A stretch of DNA of 64,000 bases, taken from positions 144,214,001-144,278,000 of the forward strand of contig CM059431.1 in the NCBI GenBank assembly GCA_030390025.1, given 5' to 3'. Shown here in pieces: positions 1 to 12,065 of this stretch. Origin of the DNA: Squalus acanthias (taxonomy: Eukaryota). The notes beneath the pieces were generated by a model. The model did not search any database. It had not been told where the DNA came from and saw only the letters and a program-made list of their open reading frames with translations. Within the stretch, counting starts at the first letter, position 1. The number at the start of each line of letters is the position of its first letter. The position numbers and the translations under genes were made by a program.

Positions 1-71
1 CCCAGCAGAGTCTCAATTCGGCTGAATCCTGTAACGTCGGCCCGTAAGAAAACATCTCACACTAAAATACA

Positions 72-126
72 ATGACAGATTACCTGGAAATTCTCCACCT
101 AATTATTACAGCCATCGGTGTCCCAG
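72..126 (+). CDS. GPR139-like exon 1 (N-terminus, start of TM1)
   Basis: ATG at 72; ...AIGVP followed by donor GTAAGT at 127; phase matches the acceptor at 3536. Confidence 0.75.
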
Positions 127-934
127 GTAAGTCTTTATCACCAGTTATTGCTTTGTATGGAGCGATGTTAGACTGTATTATCGCTATTGGTGCCTGCCGG
201 ATGATGAGGAGTTTCTCCGTGTTTGTTATAAAGTTGTCTCTTCACTTTCCTTTGGGTGTTCACTGCCCACCAGTTACAGTCTTCTCTGTCCCTGGTAAGC
301 TGGGACTTGAATTTGAGCAGCGCCTTATCGCGAATTGATTCGCTCCGCAAACAACCAATGACTTTTATTGTCTGACAAGTAACACGTTCACTGGTGACCG
401 GATTTATCATCACTACTGAGCCTCAAGCAGTCTCCAGAATAGATCCGGAACTGGTGTTAGATCACCAATGTGTGCTTGTGTATTACCCTGAAAATTCAGA
501 GTGTTATTATTATTCTCATATGCTATAGTAAGAATAGTTCTTATTTAAAGGCACGGTCATGTTCCCCATTCAGTTTAATTAAATGTTCGAAGCATTCTCA
601 CTTGCGCTGTATATCTCCAAAATGCACTGTCAATATCTGAGTCAGCTCCAACAGTCCGTGTGTCATAAGACTGCGCGCCACAATCAGAACTGCTTCCTTC
701 CAAATGATCCTGATGGTTACAATGTGTATGCAGAATATAAAGTATAAACAAATGATTTAGTTCAGAATCATGACACATTTTAACACATCATCTACTGTAG
801 CTGCAGCTGTAGAATCCCGTTCCCCTATCCTGCTTCCACTTTCTACAATTCAGACCGACATTGGGTAGGCGGTGAAGATGTTTACTGTGGTGGGGGGGTT
901 AATTTCTCCCGAAATCTTTCTTCTAGCATCAAGT

Positions 935-1403
935 CCCGTTCGCCCATCACGCCGGTGCTCGCTAACATATATTGGCACCCGGTTAAGCAGCGCCTCGATT
1001 TCAAAATTATCATCCTTGTTTTCAAATACCTCCACCGCCTCGCCCCTCCCTTTCTCTGTAATCTCCTTCAGCCCCATAACCCCCTGAGTTATCTGCGCTC
1101 CTTTAATTCTGCCCTCTTGAGCATCCCTGATTATAAGACTCAATCATTGGTGGCCGTACGTTCTGTTGCCTAGGCCATAAGCTCTGGAATTCCCTGCCTA
1201 AACCTCTCCACCTCGCTACCTCTCTTTCCTCCTTTAAGACGCTCCTTAAAACCTACCTCTTTGACCAAGCTTTTGGGCGCCTGTCCAAATTTAACCTTTA
1301 GTGACTCGCTGTCAAATTGTTTGTCTTAAAATACTCCTGAGCAGCGCCTTGGGACATTTTACTACGTTTAAGACGTTATATAAATACAAGTTGTTGTTGT
1401 TGT
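935..1403 (+). mobile_element. L2-clade LINE 3' fragment
   Basis: ORF2 C-terminal remnant (LANIYWHPVKQRLDFKIIILVFK; LKTYLFDQAF) and tail ...GTTATATAAATACAAG(TTG)n. Confidence 0.8.
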
Positions 1404-1595
1404 TTATTGTTACTTCCAACTTTTAATATTTTCTGATCCAGTTCAATCCGATGTGTCGGTATTTATTCCCATCTGCTCCTTTAACCTTTACACGGTCGTA
1501 GTTTCATGTATCTTCTATCCTCTACAGAGCCCCAGACCACATTCGATCATCTGCAAGTCTTTTCAATATTAACATACTTTTCTATATTTTCCACA

Positions 1596-1841
1596 GTGTC
1601 AGCCGCGGCTCAGTTGGTAGCACTCACGCCTCTGAGTCAGAAGGTTTCATTCTGGCTGACACTCCAGTGCATTCTTGAGTGAGTGCTGCACTGTCGGAGG
1701 AGCCGTTTTTCAGATTAAATGCTAAACCGAGGCCGCAACTGCTCTCTCAGGTGGATGTAAAAGATCCAATGGCACTGTTTCGAAGTAGAGCAGGGGAGTT
1801 TTCCCCGGTTTCCTGGCCAATATTTATCCCTCAACCAACAT
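1596..1841 (+). mobile_element. tRNA-derived Deu-domain SINE, 5' part (split by CR1)
   Basis: tRNA-like head GTGTCAGCCGCGGCTCAGTTGGTAGCACTC; body matches the complete copy at 35900-36368. Confidence 0.8.
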
Positions 1842-3218
1842 ATAGAGTGGATAAAGGGGAACCAGTGGACGTAGTGTATTTAGACTTCCAAAAGGCATTT
1901 GACAAGGTGCCACACAAAAGATTATTGCTTAAGGTAAAAAATCACGGGATTGGGGGTAATATTCTGGCATGGATACAGGATTGGCTATCTAACAGAAAGC
2001 AAAGAGTTGGGATAAATGGTTCATTCTCAGACTGGCAATCAGTAACTAGTGGTGTTCCACAGGGGTCAGTGCTGGGTCCCCAACTCTTTACAATCTATAT
2101 TAACGATTTGGAGGAAGGGACCAAGTGTAACATATCAAAATTTGCAGATACTAAGATGGGAGGGAAAGTAGTGAGTGAGGAGGACATAAAAAACCTGCAA
2201 GGGGACATAGACAGGCTAAGTAAGTGGGCAGAGATTTGGCAGATGGAATACAACACTGGAAAGTGTGAGGTGATGCACTTTGGCAGTAAAAATCCTAGAG
2301 CAATTTATTATCTTAATGGCAAGAAACTGGAGAGTACTGAAGTGCAAAGGGATCTGGGGGTCCTGGTGCACGAAACTCAAAAGGTTAGTATGCAGGTGCA
2401 GCAAGTGATTAAGAGGGCAAATGGAATGTTGGCTTTCATTGCTAGGGGGATAGAATATAAAAATAGGGAGGTATTGCTTCAGTTGTACAAGGTATTGGTG
2501 AGACCGCACCTGGAATACTGCATACAGTTTTGGTGTCCTTACTTAAGGAAAGACATCCTTGCTCTCGAGGCAGTGCAAAAAAGATTCACTCGGTTAATCC
2601 CGGGGATGAGGGGGTGGTCATATGAGGAGAGGTTGGGTAGATTGGGACTCTACTCATTGGAGTTCAGAAGAATGAGAGGCGATCTTATTGAAACATATAA
2701 GATTGTGAAGGGGTTGGATCGGGTGGATGCGGGGAGGATGTTCCCGATGACGGGTGAGACTAGAACTAGGGGACATAGTCTTAGAATAAGGGGCTGCTCT
2801 TTCAAAACTGAGATGAGGAGGAACTACTTCACTCAGAGGGTGGTAGGTCCATGGAATATGCTGCCACAAAAAGCTGTAGAAGCTTCATCATTAAATAAAC
2901 TTAAAACAGAAATAGACAGTTTCCTGGAAGTAAAGGGCATTAAGGGTTACGGGGAGCGGGCAGGAATTTGGACATGAGTCTAGGTTCGGATCGGTCATGG
3001 CCCTGTGGGTAGTGGAGCGGGCCCAGGGACCGTGTAGCCTGATTCTGCTCCTATTTCGTGTGTGCAATTCTGTTAGATGCAGGAGATGGTTCTGTGATAG
3101 TAGATAGTAGATTGGCGGTTAGGATCAGATCAGCCATGATCTTATTGAATGGCGGAGCAGGCTCGAGGGGCCGATTGGCCTACTCCTGCTCCTATTTCTT
3201 ATGTTCTTATGTTCTTAT
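1842..3218 (+). mobile_element. CR1 LINE, 5'-truncated (RT to 3' tail), inserted in a SINE within the GPCR intron
   Basis: Open RT frame ([23 protein letters not shown]) to stop at 2977; (TTCTTATG)n tail. Confidence 0.93.
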
Positions 3219-3375
3219 CACTGAAAGAGATAATCTGGTCATTATCAGATTGCGGTTTGAAAGTTCTTGGCTGCTGTGTTTTTAACATTAAAATAGCAAA
3301 CATGTAAAACCTGGCTACAAAACGCTTTGGGACGTCCTGAGATCATCAAAGGTGCTTTATAAATGCAAGTATTTC
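3219..3375 (+). mobile_element. Deu-domain SINE, 3' part
   Basis: Resumes where the 5' part stops (CAACAT|CACTGAAAGAGATAATCTGGTCATTATC) and ends in the L2-like tail ...TATAAATGCAAG. Confidence 0.75.
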
Positions 3376-3536
3376 CTTATTTTCTGACATGTTAGTTAAA
3401 AAATTCGCGCAAAAATTAAAGTGCAATTGTCCTCACGGGATGGTAGAAAGTAAACTTTTACTTCCTCACATATTCCGGTTGATTGTAATTTTGTGGTTTA
3501 ACATAATTCGAACATTTCTTTCTCTATTTATTCCAG

Positions 3537-4470
3537 TTAACCTGGTGGCGATTTCCATCCTGTGCCGAGGAAATTGCCGTCTCTCCAAATGTGTCACTCA
3601 CTACCTGGTGGCGATGGCAGTAGCAGATTTAATGGTGGTGATTATTGAAGTCCTGATATACCAGATTACTAGAACTTATTGGAAAATCAAATTCCTGAAA
3701 AAGGCTCCATTCTGTCTTGTCCATTATGTCCTGTGTCAGGTTGCTTTGGATTGTTCTGTTTGGCTCACCGTCGCTTTTACTTTCGATCGCTTTGTAGCGA
3801 TTTGCTGCCCGAAATTTAAGTTGAAATATTGCACCCAGAAAATTGCGGCGGTAGTTATTTTCACAATATGTCTGGGGTTCTGTTTAAAGAACATCCCCTT
3901 TTATTTCCTGTATATGGAATCAACTTATTATGTTCTCGGGCGTCTGAGGTGTTTGAGGAAACAATCCCTTCCCATGTCGGAAGCGTTTGAGGGGTTTTAC
4001 TGGTTGGAACGTCTGTTGACGCTGCTGCTTCCTTTCTTTCTCATTTTGCTCCTTAATGCTCTGACCGTCAGACAGATTATTGCGGCGAGTAGAGTCCGCA
4101 AGGGCTCAGGGCCCGGAGTAATGGCGAGAAGAAGAGAGATCCAGAGATGGAGAACCGGAGACAATCCATCATTCTGCTCTTCACCCTGTCGGGCAGTTTT
4201 ATTCTGTGTTGGATGACAATTACTCTGGTCTTCATTCTCAGCCGATGTCTTTACACAGACCTAGAAACGTCTATTCGTCTTTATCAGGCACAATGTGTTG
4301 GGGACATTATTCAGCTTTTCAGCTGCTGCACAAACACCTTCATTTATGGAGTGACCCAGACGAACTTCAGAGAGCAGTTGAGGAGCGCGGTGGTGTATCC
4401 TGTTACTCTCGTTGCTAAATTAGTTAGATGTTGTGTACCGCACAGATCAATGCGTCAGTTAATGTTCTAG
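3537..4470 (+). CDS. GPR139-like exon 2 (TM1-TM7), frameshifted
   Basis: Polypyrimidine tract plus AG at 3535-3536. ORFs 3389-4216 and 4147-4470 become continuous if one G is added to GGG at 4102-4104. Confidence 0.88.
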
Positions 4471-5614
4471 TTTTGTAACAGAGCCGAGATGACCGGAAAC
4501 CTCGCTGAACAAGACTACAATCCACCTACTGCGGTCTAACCTGGTGAATTTAACCCTTCTCGAGGCGAGAGAGCCCCTCCTCCCGACTCCTCCATTGTTT
4601 CCATTGTCTGCGTCAGGGTACTTGCCTGTTTTGTAATTCCATTTACAGCTAGGCCTGATTTATCAGTGATCCTTGTTTGGTTTCTGTAGAATATTGTTAT
4701 ATACCCCATTGCCCTTATGTCGAGGTAAATTAAGATATCGTCATACATGCTTTATCTCGAATACAAGTTCGAGGACTAGAAAACACTGAAACATCTTCTA
4801 AATGCATTTCATTAAATCATGTCAATGTGATAATAAAACACTAATCCTTAAATGTAGGCTACATGAGATAGCGGTACTGATAATAACATTATAACTCCCG
4901 TAGCAAGGGCTCCTTCAGGAGATCCCAAGCGTGTCGCCTTGACTGCTAACGCTGGCCTCAGCAAGACTAGGCTCAAAGTCCCCAAAGAGCTCCAGTATGT
5001 TGTATCTTTTATATGTTTCTCCTATGCCGTGTAATGCTCCGATTCAAATCTTCGCATTTTACAACAATTTTTTTTCCCATCTGACGTCCAGAACTTCACT
5101 TGTTTGTCTAATATAAAATTTGTGATCCGATTGCTTTTTCTATCAGTTAACCACTTCTGAACCTGATTCAGCACAAACCCTTCACACATATTGTAAGCGA
5201 TTGCCTTTGACATCAATTGTTCCTTTTAGTGTTTGTTGTTCTGAATGATTATCGTATTAATTTCATCACCAACCCTTCTGCTATTTCTTTATGGAAACCA
5301 GAAACTCTCCTTGTTACGATATAACATCCCCTGTTTGCCTATTTATTCCCTGAAGCAACCTTATAATTGCTTGTGCATTATTTCATTATGTTCCCACATA
5401 GTCTCAATATCAGTCGACCTAATCCTCTTCCCGAATTGGGCTCAGTGTAATCGTGTACACTCCAACATACGTTTATTACATACACCAGAAGGAAAAGATA
5501 CAGAAGAAACATTTAACAGATTAAAAATAATGTGGAATGCAAATTCACAATACAAAGTTTCATTTGTATTGGTAACGACAATTCCGTTTACAGGTCCGTC
5601 CGGATGGTCGGGGC

Positions 5615-6020
5615 ACATAAGAACATAAGAAATAAGAGCAGGGGTCTGCCATACGGCCCCTCGAGCCTGCTCCGGCATTCAATAAGATCATGGCAGATCA
5701 TCGTCATAAACTCCACTTTCCCGCCCGATCTCCATATCCCTTGATTCCCCTACAGTCCAAAAACTATCTGTCTCAGCCCTGAATATACTCAAATACTCAG
5801 CATTCACAACCTTCTGGGGCAGAGAATTCCACAGATTCACAACCCTCTGAGTGAAGAAATTCCTCCTCATCTCTGTCTTAATTGGCCAACCCCTTATCCT
5901 GAGACTAAGCCCCTTAGTTCTAGACACTCCAGCCAGGGGAAACAATCTCTCAGCATCTACCCTGTCAATCCCCTTCAGAATCTTGCAGGTTTCAATGATG
6001 TTACCTCTCATTCTTCTACC
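5615..6020 (-). mobile_element. CR1 LINE 3' fragment
   Basis: ORF 5688-6011 ([17 protein letters not shown]) and tail repeat CATAAGAA. Confidence 0.9.
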
Positions 6021-6884
6021 TGAGTCACTGAGCCTGTGTTTCTCTCTCTAGTCTCAGCGTTCAGTTGTATTTGAAGCAACCTTAACTTGCAGCTTAAGTC
6101 CCCAGGCTCTGCAATTACTGAGCAGCAAAGCGACGAGCAGGAATAGCTTTGGCCCACGGTGAAAATCACGATCACCTGTAATAAAGAGCAGCGAACACAT
6201 GATGGCCCTTCTGGGGAGCGCGGAATGTCACCACGGGAATGTAGTTAGTAAATGTCCAATAAAGGAAATGTTGACGCTGAAAGAAACGCATAATTTAAAC
6301 AGTAATTCTGCTGTAATCTTGGTTTGAATGTTGCAGGCGCTGGTCTCCCCTTCAGACTCCGCCCCCCATTGTCTCCTGGACCAATAGAACGGGGCCCTGT
6401 CTCCTGATCAGTGACTAATGATGGAGACAGTTGGAACTTGATTCGTCAATGTGACATTAGACACTTTGTTCACAGATATCTACTTAAAATCTCAACTGTT
6501 CATTACAATGTTGGAATATTATATCAGGGGGCATTCCATTCGACCCAATCAGTCCTTGTGGAGTTTACTCCGAACAAATACTTCCATTCACCTTTCCCAG
6601 CCTGTCTGAACATCCCTTCAAGCTATTATCATTAATCAATCTATTGAATTTAAACTTGAATATTGACATAATTTCTGCCTCCGTTAATTCCACAGCCTCA
6701 GAACTCTCCATGTAAAGATGTTTCAACCACCCTTAGTTATAAATCTCTTACATTTATTATTTTATCTCTGACCGTTAGTACTTGATCCCTCAACTAGTGG
6801 AAGCAGCCAGCTTCTATCTACCCTGTTCCGTCCCTTCTTAACTCATATCACTTGGACACGACCCGACAAAATATATCAATCTGT

Positions 6885-8010
6885 TATCAATGCACAGTCG
6901 AGTTAAAATCAGGAAAGTGTAGCTAAGACAGTTAATTTATAGATTTATCTTGGAGATGGTTGTGTCCTTTCTGGTACTGAACAATGAGAAGAATGTACTT
7001 GATAGCTTAGTGAAATCCCGCAACGTCGGGACCATGCAGGGGGAAATTGTAATCAAACTCCTCTATAGTGTATAAGAAGGAAGTCCTGATAGTTGTAAAT
7101 TGTGGAAGACAGAGGAGGATCCAGAGAATTCTCGGAGACATTCCTAGGCGAATACGGGCCTGAGGCAGGGCCAGAGGGTCGCAGACAATTCTTAACGCGA
7201 CTATTACCGGAGGTAGAAACGGGATAGAATAACTCTTAATTATACATTGTAAACCGCTGCTCAAGATACAGTAATTGTATTGATTCTTGCTTGTGAGGAT
7301 TAAAGTTTAAATTACTGCCAACAATACGGGTCAATGTCGAATCATTTGGAATCGAAGATCTCAGAGAGAGATTATTACACATACACAATCTAGTAAAAGT
7401 CCGGAAAGTGTAGTGAAAATAACTAATTTCTAGCTTTCTGTTGACGATGTTTGTGTCCTTGTTTATACTGAACTTTGAGAAGAATGTATTTGATAGCTTG
7501 GCCAATATCCGAAACATCAGGACCAGGCAGGGTGAAATTCAAATCAAACACCTGCACAGCCCCGATCTTTTGATCGATATCCAGAAAGGACAGAAATGGG
7601 TCAATATCGGATGTCTGGTGCTGCCTGATCTTGTGATGACACTGTGTGTACAGAAGTGACGCGTTGAACGTGAACCAACCAGCATGCGATATACATGATG
7701 CAGATTCCTGAAGAACGGATCCATGACATGGTCAGTCACGCTGACATCACCACGATATGAATTTGTTAATGTATCTGCAGAGAGTGAAAACATGTGTAAA
7801 AATCATAGGTAGAGATCTGCGCCATAGAATAGGTCGAGATAAATATTTGATGCTGCTGAGATGTTGGTTGTGATGGCCGTAAGTACTCTAAAACCAACAG
7901 AGGGGCACTGTAAGGAAAGGGTTAATTAGACTGTCCTGAAATCTGCTAATGTTATATTGTGTTGGTTTCTCTTTATATTTTAGTAATGTTAACCTTCAGC
8001 CTTTGTCTGT
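6885..8010 (-). pseudogene. Heavily decayed class A GPCR remnant (P2Y-like), with duplicated TM5-ICL3-like segment
   Basis: Mosaic of frames gives, in the expected order: ITLADF, PLLVLEYL, LFYGADLY..IF.TCF.LCRYI, IACWLV, NFTLP...AIKYILLKVQ...RQQKAR. Many stops and frameshifts. Confidence 0.35.
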
Positions 8011-8729
8011 TAAGCAGGGAAGTACAAGAAAATTTAAAGTACCGCTGAGCTGATGGGCCAGGCCTGACCCTGCAGCAATGGTCAGTTTCAGGATGAAGCA
8101 AGAAAACATTTAATTTAAGAGATGTCATCCCAAACTGATTCATTTATTTCAGAGAACATAAATATTTGATAACGTGTGGAAAGGTGTTAGATTTCCGAAA
8201 AAATCATCTGGGCATACATCATCATTTTTAATTGACATCAATGATACAGAAACAAAGAATGACTTATCGTTTAAGGTTTCACTTGGTATAATTGCAATTA
8301 TATGGATCAAGAGTGAAACTATCGATAAGATAATGAACTAATATTATAATACGCGTGAGCCCGATACAAAAAAACAGCTCATTCAGTAAAAAAAATTCGT
8401 TATTGATAAAGGTTAAGTAAATTGATTTCATTTCCCAGTGGATCCCAGGCTCAGGTAATCCGGCTGGCATCCAGCTTCTGCGGGAAGTGGTGGTGAATAG
8501 AGGGCAGTTTTTTGTAATGAGCACATTCTCATTTTACTGGATTCAGACGGCCAACTCTATTTAAGGCAGGATTAAGGCAGCAGGCAGAGGTTTTAATTCT
8601 CTCAGTCAGCGATGTATCTGCACCCAGCTACAATCGTGAGAAGGCGATGTGTAATCAATCAAATCATCTAATATCAACATATAAAATATAAATCAAAGGC
8701 ATGAACAATGTTACCATTACATTACCGTG

Positions 8730-9255
8730 TCAAATTAAGTCCCGTATGGTTGTGATTCCCCGCCCCCTGCTTTTAATTAAGTAATTGTGTTCCCTTGATA
8801 TTTTCTATTTCTAATTAAACAGTTATTGTGTTTCCATGACATTCCTTGCCCTCTAGTGTTATCAAACAGTAACCGTGTTCCCCTGTCACCTACTTCTATA
8901 TACATGGTTACTAATTTCCATGAGCCCCAATTTGTAATTAAACCTTTACTCCCAAATTACCCTGCTCTCGATTCCTAATTAAACAGTTAATGTGTTCCCC
9001 TAATTCCCCGTGCTCCTTGTTTCTAATTAAATGGTTACTGTGTTCCACTAAAGTCACTTTAATTCTATTTCGAACTAAACTGTTACTCTGTTCCCCTACA
9101 GTTCCTTTTATTCCATTTATAACTAAACAATTGTTCTAATCCCCTAAATTCTCCAGTCCTGTATTTCTATTTAAACAGATGCTGTATTCCTTCCAATTCA
9201 CCTGCCGTGTATTTGTAATTAAACAGTTACCGTATTACCGTAAATTCCCCGATGT
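8730..9255. repeat. Degenerate minisatellite, unit about 45 bp
   Basis: Recurrent core TTTCTAATTAAACAGTTACTGTGTTCCC, roughly 10 copies. Confidence 0.8.
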
Positions 9256-9269
9256 TCCCATTTCCCGTT

Positions 9270-10855
9270 GTGTGCTCTCCGATCTAATTTTGTCCACGTG
9301 ATACACCTCATGCTCTCTCGACCTTCTTCCAACTAAATTCCATAAAATGGCTGACTACTCAACTTCTGTAACTAGCCACCATGCTGGCTAATATTCTGAA
9401 CGGTTCCCTCTGCTCTGGTACTGTTCCCACCCCTTTCAAATCTGCCGTCTCGGACACCTCCTAACACATGCAACTGGCCCCCTCTATCTTTGGAAACTAT
9501 CACCCCATCTCCAACCTCCTATTCCTCTCCAAAGTCCTTGAACGTACTGTTGTCTCCCAAATCCGTGACCATCTTTCCGCAACTCCATGTTTGAATCTCT
9601 CCAATCAGTTTCCTGCGTTTTCCACCGCACTGAACCCGCCCTTATCGAAGTCACAAACGGCATCCTCTGTGACTGTGACCCTGGTGCACTATCCTGCCTC
9701 ATTCTTCCCATCTCTGACAAGGTTGACCTCACCATGACCCCAACGCCTCTCCTCCATTTCCCTGCATTCACCTGGTTCCACTCTTACCTATGCAATCAGA
9801 GCCAGAGAATATCCTGCAATGCCTTTAACTACGCGCTCTCGCACCCTTACGACTGGTGACCCCAAAGATTATACTCTTTCATCCTCCAATTTATCATCTA
9901 CATGCTGCCCCTGGCGACATCATCCGGGAACACAACGTCAGATTCCACATGTATGCTGACGACACACCGTTTTACCTCACCACCACCTCTCTCGAACCCT
10001 CCACTGCTTCTGTGTTGTCAAACCACTTGTCTGACCTGCAGCCGTGGATGAGCCTTCAATTAAACATTGGGCAAACTGAATCCATTGTCGTTGGTCCCAG
10101 CGACAAAATCCGTTCTCTAGCCATCGATTCAATTTACCTCCATGGCCAATGTCTCAGGCTGAAACAGCGTCTTCGCGAACGCGGCGCCCCAGCTCAGCTT
10201 CTGACTCCATAACATCTCCATCACAAACACTGCGTAACCTCTCCCAGCTCCGCCCCTTCGGCCGCCAGAACCCTCCATGATTTTTCCACCTCCAGACTTG
10301 ACTGTCCAATGCCATTCTGTCCGGCCTCCCATCTCCGACCCTCCATAAAGATAAGCTCACCCTAAACTCTGCTGCCCAGAACCTGACTCGCACGAAGTCC
10401 CATTCACAAATCACGCTTTGTTCGTTCAACTACATTGGCTCTCGCTCCAGCAACGTCTCCATTTATAAACTTACATCCTCGTGTTCAAATCGCTCCATTG
10501 TCTCGCACCTCCCCTATCTCTGTAACCTTATCCAACCTTACAATCCTCTGAAGTATGTGCATTGCTCCAACTCAGGCCGCTTGTGCATCCCCACTTCCTT
10601 CTCCCCATTAATGGCGGCTGTGCCTTCAGCTGTCTCGGCCGTATACTCTGGAATTGCATCCCTTAACCTTTCTACCTATCTCTCCTTCTTTAGAAAGCTC
10701 CTTAAAACCTACGTCGTTGACAAACTTTTGGTCACCTTTCCTAATAACTCCTTCTTTGTCTCGGTATCCTGTTTTTTCTGATTACGCTAACGTGAAGTAA
10801 CTGGGGGCATTTACTAAGTTAAATGCATTATATGAATGAAGGTTATTGTTGCTGT
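9270..10855 (+). mobile_element. L2-clade LINE, decayed RT region to 3' end
   Basis: NYHPISNLLFLSKVLE, HMYADDT, LQLNIGQTE in broken frames; 3' end resembles 935-1403. Confidence 0.85.
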
Positions 10856-11339
10856 AATGAGCAGTCCATCTTTGGCAATCCCCTTTTCCACATGTAGCTA
10901 CATGGCGCATTTATAATGATCAGTGGGATTGGGCTGCAGCGATCAATCTATTGTAATGATCAGTCCATCCAGGCCAGTCCCGTCATCAACATATATCCAG
11001 GTGGTTCGGTCCATTTACAATGATCAGGGAGGTTGGACTGTAGTGATCCCATTCGTGGTACGGTTGATTATCACGGTCTACTGGTTCAGCACAGGAAAGG
11101 AATCCAATCCCGATTCACATCACGTTCACCTGTAAACAGCAGTGGGACAGAGAGCTCAGTGACTGTTCACATCTAATCGACCCGCAACTGCTCCCTAGCG
11201 AGTTCACCATGTCTGGTTGGTCTCAATTTGTGCTGTAGGGATGTCGGTATGTGGTGTCTCCGAAAGGGGTTGTAGTAATGGTAAAAACGAGAGGGAGGGA
11301 TGTGACGCCTCACTTTAATATTCCACAGCAAAGATTATC

Positions 11340-12065
11340 TACCTTGCTAAAGGAGAGTAAACACCTGATTGACCGCCGGAGCAAAGAGAGCCCTGACCAC
11401 AAACGGGAGCGCGATGGAAAGGATCCAGATGTGGAAAACACTCCTCCCTTTGGATGAGGCAGCTCCAGCTCGCGGTTTTACGCTGAATATCCGACTGTTC
11501 CACATAAAGAGCGCATGCGCTTCACCGGCCACGGGGAAAGAATGCGTTTACACTAAACCCCGCCTGATGGTTAGAAAACCGAGAGCCCCCGTTTTATTGG
11601 TCAATCACATGTAGTGATGTAACGTGCCCAATTCAGTTACTCGAACCCAGTCCACTGGCAGTGGATCCATAAAACTCTGAGCAAAGCATCGTAGGGTTTC
11701 CTGTAGTCCAAACAATAAAATGAAATGAGCATTGAGTCGGCGGCCGTCGGGCTGGGAGGATTTGGTGAGCGGACAAAATAAAGGCTTTTAACTCTCAATA
11801 TTTCAAAATACAGCGGGGCAGAAGCGGGCGTAAGAGGGCCGCACCAGCCCGAGTCCGGTACAGTGACGCACCGGCAGGGAAAGACCCCGAGGTCGGTGGA
11901 ACCCTCATAGCGCTAGGGAGTAAAGGATCGCCTGGGCGGTGCACAGAGAGGAAAATTAATGGAGGGAACATTGGGCGAGTTCCCTTGCTCTATGCGAATC
12001 CTCCTCGCCCTGTTTTGCTCTGAGCACCCTGTGTAGTCGCTACTTTACTCCCGAGTGCGGAACGA
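11340..12065. promoter_or_regulatory. CpG-rich promoter-like region
   Basis: CpG retained in a CpG-poor background; GCGCATGCGC (NRF1-like) at 11511-11520; ATTGG and CCAAT at ~11596 and ~11627; donor-like sites on both strands. Confidence 0.45.

Larger units (their letters stand above)
72..4470 (+). pseudogene. GPR139-like class A GPCR, two exons (72-126, 3537-4470), one frameshift near 4102
   Basis: Exon 1 MTDYLEILHLIITAIGVP-G|gtaagt joins in phase 1 to ttccag|TT AAC CTG GTG (VNLVAISILCRG). Motifs AMAVAD (TM2), FTFDRFVAICCP (DRY), LLLPF (TM5), FILCW (TM6), NTFIY (TM7). TM6-7 are in another frame (ORF 4147-4470). Confidence 0.88.

Noticed and set aside
1679..2977. 432-aa ORF as a novel host gene
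   Set aside because: Chance in-frame fusion of SINE sequence (GTG start) with a truncated CR1 RT.
3389..3536. N-terminal 49 aa of ORF 3389-4216
   Set aside because: Intronic read-through upstream of the splice acceptor at 3535-3536.
10900..11135. Ig V-like peptide (SLQPNPTDHYKCA) on the minus strand
   Set aside because: Multiple stops, explained by short repeats of CTGATCATT, no RSS.
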